Source of the DNA: an uncultured Clostridia bacterium
GTDB lineage: Bacteria > Bacillota > Clostridia > Oscillospirales > Oscillospiraceae
Direction of reading: 5' to 3'
Assembly: GCA_945877365.1 (NCBI GenBank)
Contig: CAMCRV010000003.1
Location: 35,901 to 99,900 of the forward strand
DNA length: 64,000 nucleotides
Shown here: positions 18,820 to 26,664 of the stretch, one piece after another
Layout: the number at the start of each line of letters is the position of its first letter
Position numbering within the stretch: position 1 is the stretch's first letter
The notes under the pieces: model-generated
Seen by the model: only the letters and a program-made list of their open reading frames with translations
Told to the model about the DNA's origin: nothing
Database searches by the model: none
Program-made: the position numbers and the translations under genes

Positions 18820-19013
18820 CAGAATTGAAACAAGGTCTTTACCAGGTCAAACAGCTCCGCAATTTTATTGGCCAGCATCATCAGTACCACCACAAGCCCT
18901 GCCAGGCTGGTCATGGTTGCCTGCTCCTCCCGGCCTGACCGGGCAAGCACCTGATTCAGGATGGATACAATAATGCCGATGGCCGCAATTTTGAAGATCA
19001 AATCAATTTCCAT
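18819..19013 (-). CDS. spoIIIAC: Stage III sporulation protein AC
   Basis: 64 aa, MEIDLIFKIAAIGIIVSILNQVL... Trimmed from a 77-aa ORF. Confidence 0.8.
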   Translation of the reverse strand: MEIDLIFKIAAIGIIVSILNQVLARSGREEQATMTSLAGLVVVLMMLANKIAELFDLVKTLFQF

Positions 19014-19015
19014 AC

Positions 19016-19528
19016 TTACACCAAAAGAATCGCCAGAGCTGCGCCTGCACACAGCCCCAGAGTCTGATAGCTTCTGAGTCGGGTATCCCGGTTTCGCTCC
19101 AGCCGCTCCAGCTCACGGGCACATCCGGCCTTTACCGCCTGCAGTCCCTGAACCTGTCCGGTCAGATCCAAGCGTCCCAGAGAATTCCCCAGGCCTGCCA
19201 AAAGACGCCGGACACTTCTGGGAAGGTTCTTCTGCTGAACCAGCAGGCCGTTCATACATCCCGAAACATAGGCCTGATCCCGCCCATCAAGCTGTTTGGC
19301 CAGATCCAGAAAAATCCGCTGAAGCCTCCCCTTCGCGGCTTTGGCACCGATACGGCACAGTCCGGAAAGGGGTGTCAGCTGGTATTGCAGCTCCCATTCC
19401 ATTTCCTCCAGAACTGCCATCAGCTGCCGGAGCATCTGGATTTCCCGCTTTTCCCCGGCTGCCAGTGTCAGGCCAAAACCTCCGCATCCTCCAATCACCA
19501 TTGCCGCACCAATCCACTGTAATGTCAC
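19016..19528 (-). CDS. spoIIIAB: Stage III sporulation protein AB
   Basis: 170 aa with an N-terminal TM segment, in the operon position between AA and AC. Confidence 0.7.
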   Translation of the reverse strand: MTLQWIGAAMVIGGCGGFGLTLAAGEKREIQMLRQLMAVLEEMEWELQYQLTPLSGLCRIGAKAAKGRLQRIFLDLAKQLDGRDQAYVSGCMNGLLVQQKNLPRSVRRLLAGLGNSLGRLDLTGQVQGLQAVKAGCARELERLERNRDTRLRSYQTLGLCAGAALAILLV

Positions 19529-20349
19529 GATACCACTCTCTCCTCCCGGAACGATTTATCCCTGCGAAGTTGGATGATCCGGTCAAATACATCTCCCTGA
19601 ATCAGAGGTGCATAGACCTTTCTGCTTAAGTAATCCTCCAAAGACCCTGCATGGGCAGTTGCCAACAGACTGACGCCGCACCCGTTTGCATGAAGAATTG
19701 CCGAGCAGTCCTCCTGAGAGGTGATCTCATCCACAGCGATACAGTCCGGTCCCATGGTTCGCAAAGCCATTTCCATCCCCTCCTGCTTCGGGACTCCCCT
19801 CATGACATCCATTCTTTTTCCCCTGGGAAGAGCTTCCGGGAAAAGCTCTCCCCGTTCATCCACAACGCAGACACATTCCCTCCCGGCTCTTTTCCGGATC
19901 AGATCTCTCAGCAGCGTTGTCTTGCCCCACCCGGGGGCGCCCAGAATCAGAATGGAACCCGTGTCATGGATCCCCTCCGCCGCTCCCGGGAAGTCCCTGG
20001 CGACCCGAATACAGACAGAACTGATATCCCGTAAACCGGTCAGGACACCCTGTCTTACAATCCCCTGTCCGCACAGCCCTACCCGATGTCCTCCGGGGGC
20101 TGCCAGATATCCCTGAGCCACCGTCTCGGATGCCCATGGAGAATACTGGCTGGCGGAATTCACGCAGAAGGCAACATCTTCCTGAGATATAATTTTGTTC
20201 AGCCAGAGGCTTTTCTGTCCATAATTCAGCTCCGGCGGTGCGCCTACACGCAGCCGAAGCTCCTGAAGCCGCTGCTGCTCCTGGATACCCATCTCCCTGC
20301 GCAGCCAGGGAGGGATAATGTTTAAAAACTCCTGCCAAAGACAGATCAT
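19525..20349 (-). CDS. spoIIIAA: Stage III sporulation protein AA (AAA-type ATPase)
   Basis: Walker A GAPGWGKTT and Walker B CVCVVDE. Start chosen 8 nt after AGGAG; the ORF opens at 20457. Confidence 0.8.
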   Translation of the reverse strand: MICLWQEFLNIIPPWLRREMGIQEQQRLQELRLRVGAPPELNYGQKSLWLNKIISQEDVAFCVNSASQYSPWASETVAQGYLAAPGGHRVGLCGQGIVRQGVLTGLRDISSVCIRVARDFPGAAEGIHDTGSILILGAPGWGKTTLLRDLIRKRAGRECVCVVDERGELFPEALPRGKRMDVMRGVPKQEGMEMALRTMGPDCIAVDEITSQEDCSAILHANGCGVSLLATAHAGSLEDYLSRKVYAPLIQGDVFDRIIQLRRDKSFREERVVS

Positions 20350-20394
20350 TTGCATCACTCCTGAAAAAAGGTATGTGCCGCCCCCGAAAGGTAT

Positions 20395-20428
20395 ACAAAA
20401 AACCGGTCTCCTTTCGGAGACCGGTTTT
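20395..20428 (-). terminator. Rho-independent terminator after the ECF S-component gene
   Basis: 11-bp stem AACCGGTCTCC/GGAGACCGGTT with loop TTTC. Followed by TTTTTTG on the minus strand. Confidence 0.8.
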
Positions 20429-20437
20429 GCGGAAATC

Positions 20438-21025
20438 TTACAGTTTCTTCTCTGCATAATTCAGAATACGGCCTGCTGCCGGGCTGAAGATCACATTGAT
20501 AATCAGCTCCGGGACGAAGTTCATCAGAACCAGACCCGACAGCACATAGGCAATCAGGCTGCCCCCACCAGCCCAGGCGGAGAGAATATCCCGGAAAAAT
20601 GTCAGCATACACAGAAGGAAAAATCCGGTATTGGCAACCGGGCAGATGGCCGCAGCGCAGAGAATTGCCACCTTTTTGTTTCTGTCCTTCAGCCAGTGAT
20701 AAACGGCACCGGACAGGACGCCTGCCAGAACACCCTTGCCCATCACCACCACAAAGCAGAGAACGGGGCTGGCCTGAAAGACCATCTGTCCGCCGGGATC
20801 CGCACCGGTAACACAGTTGATGTACACAATCGCGCCAAAGGTCGCGCCCAGAATGGCACCCGCCTTGACACCAAAGGCAGCTGCTCCCAGCACAATGGGA
20901 ATCAGCACCAGGGAGATGGAAAATCCTCCCACCGGAGGAATGATGCCGCTTAAAAACTGCATCACTACCACCATTGCCATCAACAATGCAATGGCTGCCA
21001 TGGATCGTAAGTTTCTGTTGTTCAT
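20438..21025 (-). CDS. ECF transporter substrate-specific (S) component; vitamin specificity unknown, PanT-like by eye
   Basis: 195-aa protein with six-TM-like hydrophobicity. GGAGGA RBS before the ATG at 21025. Confidence 0.55.
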   Translation of the reverse strand: MNNRNLRSMAAIALLMAMVVVMQFLSGIIPPVGGFSISLVLIPIVLGAAAFGVKAGAILGATFGAIVYINCVTGADPGGQMVFQASPVLCFVVVMGKGVLAGVLSGAVYHWLKDRNKKVAILCAAAICPVANTGFFLLCMLTFFRDILSAWAGGGSLIAYVLSGLVLMNFVPELIINVIFSPAAGRILNYAEKKL

Positions 21026-21103
21026 AAAAATCCTCCTTGCTGTCCCTCCGGATTCCCGGATGGGATGCATATTTATTATCTAAGCGGAGTTGTCCGCGTT
21101 AGA

Positions 21104-23875
21104 TCACAGTTCGCTGCCGATGGATTCTTCGGAACCGGAGAGGTCTTCAAAGGCCATCTGCTGGGCTTGTCCGCCCTTCATCATCTCCCACTTTTCCCTG
21201 GTGATCAGGATGGAACGGGGCTTGCTGCCCTGGAAGGGGCCCACAATTCCCTTTTCCTCCATCTCATCCACAATTCTGGCAGCCCGGGCATAGCCCAGCT
21301 TCAGCCTGCGCTGGAGCATGGAAACGGAAGCCTGTCCGGTTTCCAGAATCACATCCACTGCAGCCGGAAGCATTTCGTCACCCTCCAGCTCCTCATCGCT
21401 GGCCTCAGGCTCCATCCCCGGGGCTGCTTTCTTTCCGGTCTGCTGGGCTTTTTTCTCGATTTCCTCCAGAACCTGCTGGTTGTAATCCGCCACATAGTGG
21501 TCCTTCACATAACCGGCGACAGCCTCCACCTCGGAATCCGTAACAAAACAGCCCTGAACCCGGAGGGGCTTTCCGCATCCGATGGGAGCATACAGCATAT
21601 CGCCTTTGCCAACCAGTTTTTCAGCACCCATGGTATCCAGAATGATCCGGGACTCCATGGAGGATGCCACGGAGAAAGCAATCCGGGAGGGAATGTTGGC
21701 CTTCATCAGGCCGGTAATCACATCTGCAGAAGGACGCTGGGTAGCGATAATCAGGTGCATCCCGGCTGCCCGGCCCATCTGGGCAATGCGGCAGATGGAA
21801 TCCTCCACCTCTTTTGCCGCCACCAGCATCAGGTCAGCCAGCTCATCGATGATAATCACCACCTGCGGGAGCTTCTGTCCCCCTTCTTCCGCCGTGACGA
21901 TGCTGTTGTAGGATTCCAGATCCCGCACACCCACATCGGACATCATCTTGTACCGGCGAAGCATTTCCGTAACCGCCCATTGCAGACTTCCGGCGGCCTT
22001 CTTGGGGTCTGTCACCACGGGAATCAGCAGATGGGGGATGCTGTTGTAAATGCCCAGTTCCACCATCTTGGGATCCACCATAATGAGCTTGACATCCTCA
22101 GGGCCTGCCTTGTAGAGCAGGCTGATGATGATGGAGTTCATGCACACGGATTTACCGGAGCCGGTGGTACCGGCGATCAGCATATGGGGCATCTTGGCAA
22201 TGTTGCCCACAATGCAGTTTCCACCAATGTCCTTACCCACGGCAAAGGAAGACTTGGATTTTGCACGGCTGAACTCCGGAGAATCGATAACCTCCCGCAG
22301 GGAGACATTGGTGACCGCCCGGTTGGGAACCTCAATACCCACCACGGAGATCTTGCCGGGAACAGCGGCAATGCGCACACCGGAGGCTCCCAGACTCAGG
22401 GCGATATCGTCTGCACAGCCGGTCAGCTTGCTCAGCCGGACACCCTTATCCAGCTCCACCTCATAGCGCGTGACACTGGGACCCCGGGTAACATTGATGA
22501 TATGGGCATCAATCCGGAAGCTGGCCAGGGTTTCATTCAGTCGGCGGGAATTTTCCCGCATCTCCTCCATACCGTCGGGGCCGCCCCTTGCAGGGCGCTT
22601 CAGCAGGTCAATGGGTGGGAAGCAGTACACACTCTTTTCCTGCATCTGGTTCTGTTCAATTTCGGAGGCCACCTCTTTTGCCGACTCCGCGGCTTCCTTG
22701 GAAGTCACCTTGCCGGGCTTGGTCTGCTCCGGCTCCTTTTTCGGCTGCGGGTTGGGTGCAGTCTTCGGGGCGGGAGATGCTACTTTCTGGGGAGCAGCCT
22801 GTTTCTGAACAACAAATTCCGGAGGCTCCACATCCAGATCCAGCACCGGCATTTTGCTGACAGAGACTTCCGGCGCTTTTTCCGGTGCCTTTGCGGGCGC
22901 GGCTCTTTCCGGCGTCCGGGTCGGTGCAGCGTAAACAGGTGCGCTGATATCCAGATCAATGGTGCTCATGACACCGGCAGCATTGGACGGCGTGCCGGTG
23001 GTAACAGGCTCCTCCTCTGTCTGCGGCACCACGGGAGCCTGTTTCTGCGGCTTGGGGGGTGCCTTTTTATCTGCGGTGGGCAGTGCCGCCGCTTCTGCTG
23101 CCGCTGCGGCACGCTCACGCATCTGTCGCTTATGTGCAATCTGCTTGTTGGCAATATGATTCACCACCGCCGCAGCAGGCTCCACATAGTCGTCCTCTTC
23201 CTCATATTCCTCCCGGGGGCGGTTGGCAATGGCACGGATCAGGCTGGGAATGGTGATCTCCATTGCCCCCAGCAGAGTAAACATGGCAGCCATAACGAGA
23301 ATCACATAGGACAGCACATTTCCGCAGGCCCAGCGGATCAGCTCAGCCATGCCTCCACAGATGACACCGCCGGTCAATCCCTGCATACCTCCAAAATACA
23401 GCTCCTTGATGGCTCCAAAGCCTTCCGCCATCCCATAGTTGTGAACCACAAGATGGAAAATACTGCCGCAGATAATGACAAACAGGATGGTGCAGATACT
23501 GCGCAGCATGACCCGGGTCTTTCTGCCAAAGGTATGGATCAGAAACAGATACAGAAATGCGGGGATTGAGAAATAGAATCCTGCCTGCCCCAGAAGTCCC
23601 AACACAAAGGACAGCACAAACCGAAGCAGCGCCCCGTCCGGGTTGATGCTGATCAGCAAAAACAGCACAAACAGCAGCAGACTGACAATGGCAATGAGAA
23701 TATTTGCCGGAATACCCCGGGAATCATATTCTGTCTTAACTGTGGCCTTTTTCTTTCCACCCTTTGCTGCAGGCGTCTTTTTGCCTGCGGACTTTGTGGA
23801 TGCCGGAGCATCCACCTTCTTTTTTACATTGGAAACAGCCTTCTCTGCCCGGCTGGAACCTTTCTTTTCCGCCAT
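21104..23875 (-). CDS. ftsK: DNA translocase FtsK/SpoIIIE
   Basis: N-terminal TM domain and a Pro/Ala/Glu-rich linker. Motor domain with Walker A GTTGSGKS and IIIDELADL. C-terminal gamma winged-helix SVSMLQRRLKLGYARAARIVD. Confidence 0.92.
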   Translation of the reverse strand: MAEKKGSSRAEKAVSNVKKKVDAPASTKSAGKKTPAAKGGKKKATVKTEYDSRGIPANILIAIVSLLLFVLFLLISINPDGALLRFVLSFVLGLLGQAGFYFSIPAFLYLFLIHTFGRKTRVMLRSICTILFVIICGSIFHLVVHNYGMAEGFGAIKELYFGGMQGLTGGVICGGMAELIRWACGNVLSYVILVMAAMFTLLGAMEITIPSLIRAIANRPREEYEEEDDYVEPAAAVVNHIANKQIAHKRQMRERAAAAAEAAALPTADKKAPPKPQKQAPVVPQTEEEPVTTGTPSNAAGVMSTIDLDISAPVYAAPTRTPERAAPAKAPEKAPEVSVSKMPVLDLDVEPPEFVVQKQAAPQKVASPAPKTAPNPQPKKEPEQTKPGKVTSKEAAESAKEVASEIEQNQMQEKSVYCFPPIDLLKRPARGGPDGMEEMRENSRRLNETLASFRIDAHIINVTRGPSVTRYEVELDKGVRLSKLTGCADDIALSLGASGVRIAAVPGKISVVGIEVPNRAVTNVSLREVIDSPEFSRAKSKSSFAVGKDIGGNCIVGNIAKMPHMLIAGTTGSGKSVCMNSIIISLLYKAGPEDVKLIMVDPKMVELGIYNSIPHLLIPVVTDPKKAAGSLQWAVTEMLRRYKMMSDVGVRDLESYNSIVTAEEGGQKLPQVVIIIDELADLMLVAAKEVEDSICRIAQMGRAAGMHLIIATQRPSADVITGLMKANIPSRIAFSVASSMESRIILDTMGAEKLVGKGDMLYAPIGCGKPLRVQGCFVTDSEVEAVAGYVKDHYVADYNQQVLEEIEKKAQQTGKKAAPGMEPEASDEELEGDEMLPAAVDVILETGQASVSMLQRRLKLGYARAARIVDEMEEKGIVGPFQGSKPRSILITREKWEMMKGGQAQQMAFEDLSGSEESIGSEL

Positions 23876-23885
23876 TGGGCACCTC

Positions 23886-24722
23886 CTAAACAACAAGATT
23901 CAAAACAAAGGTAAACAGCGCCAGACCCCAGCAGTAATAGGCAAAAATCCCATATCCCTTTCCGGCAGCAAGGCGGCGCATCAGTTTGATTCCCAGCATG
24001 GCTGCCGCAAAAGCCAGACCGGCAGACACTATGTAACTGACGAACACAAGGAATCCCATGGGATCCAATCCCATTTTGAACAGATAGATAAAATCCCACA
24101 CGATTCTGCAGAACACGATTCCCATGTCCATCAGCAGAACCATTCCCAGTCCATAGGTCCGATCAACGCCGCAAACGGATGCAATGGAAAGCGAAGCGCC
24201 AACACCGGAAAATCCGGGGATCACGGCACAGCCGCCACCAAGACCCATCAGGATACCCTCAACCCGGGACAGTGTCCGGCAGTCTTTGTTTCCCGTGGGC
24301 AAAAACTGAGGAATGTACAGAATCAAACCATTCAGAAACAGGAAAGTTGCCATCAGGATCTTATTGTCCCCCAGCGCAGCAGCCTTATCATACAGGAAAA
24401 ACAGCACAATCACCGGAACTACCATGGTTCGCCAGAGGCTGAACTCCATCAGGCTTCTGGTATCCAGCGGCCGTTTTCTTTTTTTCTTGGGAATCCGGGC
24501 AAGCTTCCGTGCCCGGATCATCCGGATAATATTGCTCTGGCAGGCATAATAAAGGGCAAGCAGAACACCAACATGCACAAAAAGCCTCAGCATTCTGGGC
24601 TCTGCACCCATGCCAAACATCTTCAGCAGCAGCAGTCTGTGAACCTGCGCCGATATGGGCAGCACCTCCGCAAAACCTGATATAACCGCATAAGCGATAC
24701 TCTGCAGCCAGTCAAAAACCAC
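23886..24722 (-). CDS. Undecaprenyl-diphosphatase (UppP/BacA) family protein, divergent paralog
   Basis: GFAEVLPISAQVH and VIPGFSGVGAS align to the two UppP signature motifs. Start set to the GTG at 24722, 5 nt after AAAGGAGGGG; the ORF opens at 24761. Confidence 0.6.
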   Translation of the reverse strand: MVFDWLQSIAYAVISGFAEVLPISAQVHRLLLLKMFGMGAEPRMLRLFVHVGVLLALYYACQSNIIRMIRARKLARIPKKKRKRPLDTRSLMEFSLWRTMVVPVIVLFFLYDKAAALGDNKILMATFLFLNGLILYIPQFLPTGNKDCRTLSRVEGILMGLGGGCAVIPGFSGVGASLSIASVCGVDRTYGLGMVLLMDMGIVFCRIVWDFIYLFKMGLDPMGFLVFVSYIVSAGLAFAAAMLGIKLMRRLAAGKGYGIFAYYCWGLALFTFVLNLVV

Positions 24723-24816
24723 TCCTGCCCCTCCTTTACATAGTTTTATACTGATATTCAATTAAAAACTTTCATTCGTCAGAATGGAAGTTTTTGATAT
24801 GAAGATCATAATGATA

Positions 24817-24971
24817 AGCGCCCGCAGGCGCTATGCAAGCGAGCAACCGCCCGAAGGGCGGCTCTTAGCGAGTCGCAGACGGGTTTTCATGATTTTCTAT
24901 CCCGAAAATCATGAAAACGACAACGCCAAAGGCGGTGTCTTCCTGATAAAACTTTATCGTTTTATCAGGAA
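24817..24971. other. Array of five consecutive hairpins; candidate structured leader or sRNA, function unknown
   Basis: Hairpins at 24817-24832 (6 bp), 24841-24864 (6+3 bp), 24883-24918 (15 bp perfect), 24919-24939 (9 bp with 1 mismatch) and 24940-24971 (13 bp perfect). The last three abut with no spacer. Confidence 0.4.
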
Positions 24972-24986
24972 ACAGTATCACACTAT

Positions 24987-25015
24987 ATACTACCACATTT
25001 GAAGCTGTTTTTCCA
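24987..25015 (-). promoter_or_regulatory. Candidate extended -10 promoter reading into the hairpin array toward the uppP-like gene
   Basis: On the minus strand: TGGAAA, 17-nt spacer, TGg TAGTAT. Confidence 0.3.
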
Positions 25016-25025
25016 GTCCTAAATA

Positions 25026-25724
25026 TCAATTATTCCGTTCTTTCGGAATATCCTGTTTTTCCATCATTTCATGCAGCGCGGCAAGCGCATCGCTTAGCCC
25101 GCCCAGCTGGTCGATCAATCCGGATGCAACAGCCTCTTTCCCATACAGAATGGTTCCCACATCCGTTGCCATTTCTCCGGTGGCCATCATATAGTGTTCA
25201 AAATCCGCTCTGCTGATTCTGGAATTGGCCGTTACAAAATCTGCAATCTGCTCCTGAATTCTTTGAAAATAGCGGAATGTCTGGGGTGCTCCCACAACCA
25301 GCCCGGTCATGCGCACAGGATGAACCGTCATACTGGCGGTGTGGGTAATGAAGGATTTCTTAGTGCAGACTGCCAGTGGGATGCCGATGGAGTGACCTCC
25401 ACCCAGAACCAGAGATACGGTGGGCTTTTTCATTCCGGCAATCATCTCGGCAATGGCGAGGCCTGCCTCAATATCTCCTCCCACGGTATTCAGCAGCAGG
25501 AGCAGGCCGTCAATATCGTCGCTTTCCTCGATCCCTGCCAGCAGGGGCAGAACATGCTCATATTTTGTAGTTTTCACATTTTCCGGCGCCACCTGATGCC
25601 CTTCCACCTGCCCAATGATGGTCATCGTGTAAATATTGCCTTTGCTGGATTTGGTAATATCCGAGCCCAGCTCCAGAATATCCTCCCGTTCCTGCTTTTT
25701 CATATCCGGATTGTTTTCTTTCAT
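25026..25724 (-). CDS. ClpP-fold serine protease-like protein (TepA/SDH family)
   Basis: LLLLNTVGGDIEAGLAIAEMI and MTVHPV align to ClpP-fold motifs. AGGAGG RBS 8 nt before the ATG at 25724. Confidence 0.7.
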   Translation of the reverse strand: MKENNPDMKKQEREDILELGSDITKSSKGNIYTMTIIGQVEGHQVAPENVKTTKYEHVLPLLAGIEESDDIDGLLLLLNTVGGDIEAGLAIAEMIAGMKKPTVSLVLGGGHSIGIPLAVCTKKSFITHTASMTVHPVRMTGLVVGAPQTFRYFQRIQEQIADFVTANSRISRADFEHYMMATGEMATDVGTILYGKEAVASGLIDQLGGLSDALAALHEMMEKQDIPKERNN

Positions 25725-25822
25725 GGTGGATACCTCCTTTTTCAATAGGATATCCAAATGATTTCGGACAATACCCTTGCACTCTTTCGGAAAATGTCGT
25801 ATAATGTGACCGGTGATTTTTT

Positions 25823-26296
25823 ATGGCATCAAAAACCAATGCTGTGCGGCTGGCACAGCAGGCAGGGATTCCCTGCCGGGAAGCATTCTATGCGTATGAC
25901 GAAAATGATCTGAACGGCAAGCACGCAGCCCATGCCGTGGGAATGCCCGAGGAGCAGGTCTTCAAAACGCTGGTTGCCCGCGGAGAGCGCACCGGAATTC
26001 ATGTTTTCTGTATTCCCGTCTGCTGCGAGCTGGATCTGAAAAAGGCCGCAAAGGCAGCTGCGGACAAGAATATGGAGCTGATCCCCGTGAAAGAGCTGCT
26101 TCCCCTGACAGGCTATATCCGGGGCGGATGCAGTCCCCTGGGGATGAAGAAAAAGTACCCTACCCATTTCGACGAAACCTGTGTCCTGTGGGATGAGATT
26201 GCCATTTCCGCCGGAGAGCGGGGACATCAGATGATTCTGCCGCCGGAACCGCTGGTCGCGCTGCTTCACGCGTCCATTGACGATATTACACAATAG
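25823..26296 (+). CDS. ybaK: Cys-tRNA(Pro)/Cys-tRNA(Cys) deacylase YbaK
   Basis: 157 aa, TNAVRLAQQAGIP...FKTLV...GYIRGGCSPLGMKK. Confidence 0.8.
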   Translation: MASKTNAVRLAQQAGIPCREAFYAYDENDLNGKHAAHAVGMPEEQVFKTLVARGERTGIHVFCIPVCCELDLKKAAKAAADKNMELIPVKELLPLTGYIRGGCSPLGMKKKYPTHFDETCVLWDEIAISAGERGHQMILPPEPLVALLHASIDDITQ

Positions 26297-26314
26297 ATAA
26301 GGAAGGAAAACCAT

Positions 26315-26566
26315 ATGTATCAGTACAACACCAAAGGCGTCTGCTCCAAGTCCATCTACTTTGATATTCAGGATCACAAGCTGAAGAATGTGATCTTCCT
26401 GGGTGGCTACAACGGCAACCTCAAGGGTATCGGTGCCCTCGTAGAGGGTATGGATATCGATGAAGCCATTTCCAGACTCCAGGGTATCACCTGCGGCAAC
26501 AAAACCACCTCCTGCCCGGATCAGCTTGCACAGGCTCTGATCGCTGCCAAAGCACAACTGAAATAA
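26315..26566 (+). CDS. TIGR03905-type small TSCPD-domain protein
   Basis: 83 aa, YNTKGVCSK...GGYNGNLKGI..LVEG...GITCGNKTTSCPDQLAQAL. Confidence 0.7.
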   Translation: MYQYNTKGVCSKSIYFDIQDHKLKNVIFLGGYNGNLKGIGALVEGMDIDEAISRLQGITCGNKTTSCPDQLAQALIAAKAQLK

Positions 26567-26664
26567 ATATCCCCGCTGAACGCATCCCTACCTGTCAGGA
26601 CTGCTCCAGTGGGGTTTTCCTGCACGCTTTTGGGGATGCGTTCCAAGAATAAGGAGGTATTCCT

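Noticed and set aside
20369-20396. Sigma-E-like promoter (ATA, 16 nt, CATACCT) upstream of spoIIIAA.
   Set aside because: The -10 element ends only about 6 nt before the AGGAG RBS, so the transcript would start on or after the SD. The match is short and could easily be chance.
21026-21103. Possible vitamin riboswitch upstream of the ECF S-component gene.
   Set aside because: Only 78 nt separate it from the ftsK stop. That is too short for the known vitamin riboswitches, and none of their conserved cores are visible.
21065-23569. 834-aa ORF on the plus strand, antisense to ftsK.
   Set aside because: It lies entirely inside the well-supported ftsK gene on the other strand. Its composition is low-complexity and rich in Gly, His, Arg, Leu and Gln, with no recognisable motif and no RBS. 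Long stop-free antisense frames are expected in GC-rich coding DNA.
24784-25002. 72-aa ORF covering the hairpin array.
   Set aside because: It has no RBS. Its sequence is dictated by the palindromes (Arg-rich, low complexity), and it runs opposite to both flanking genes. It is more plausibly non-coding.
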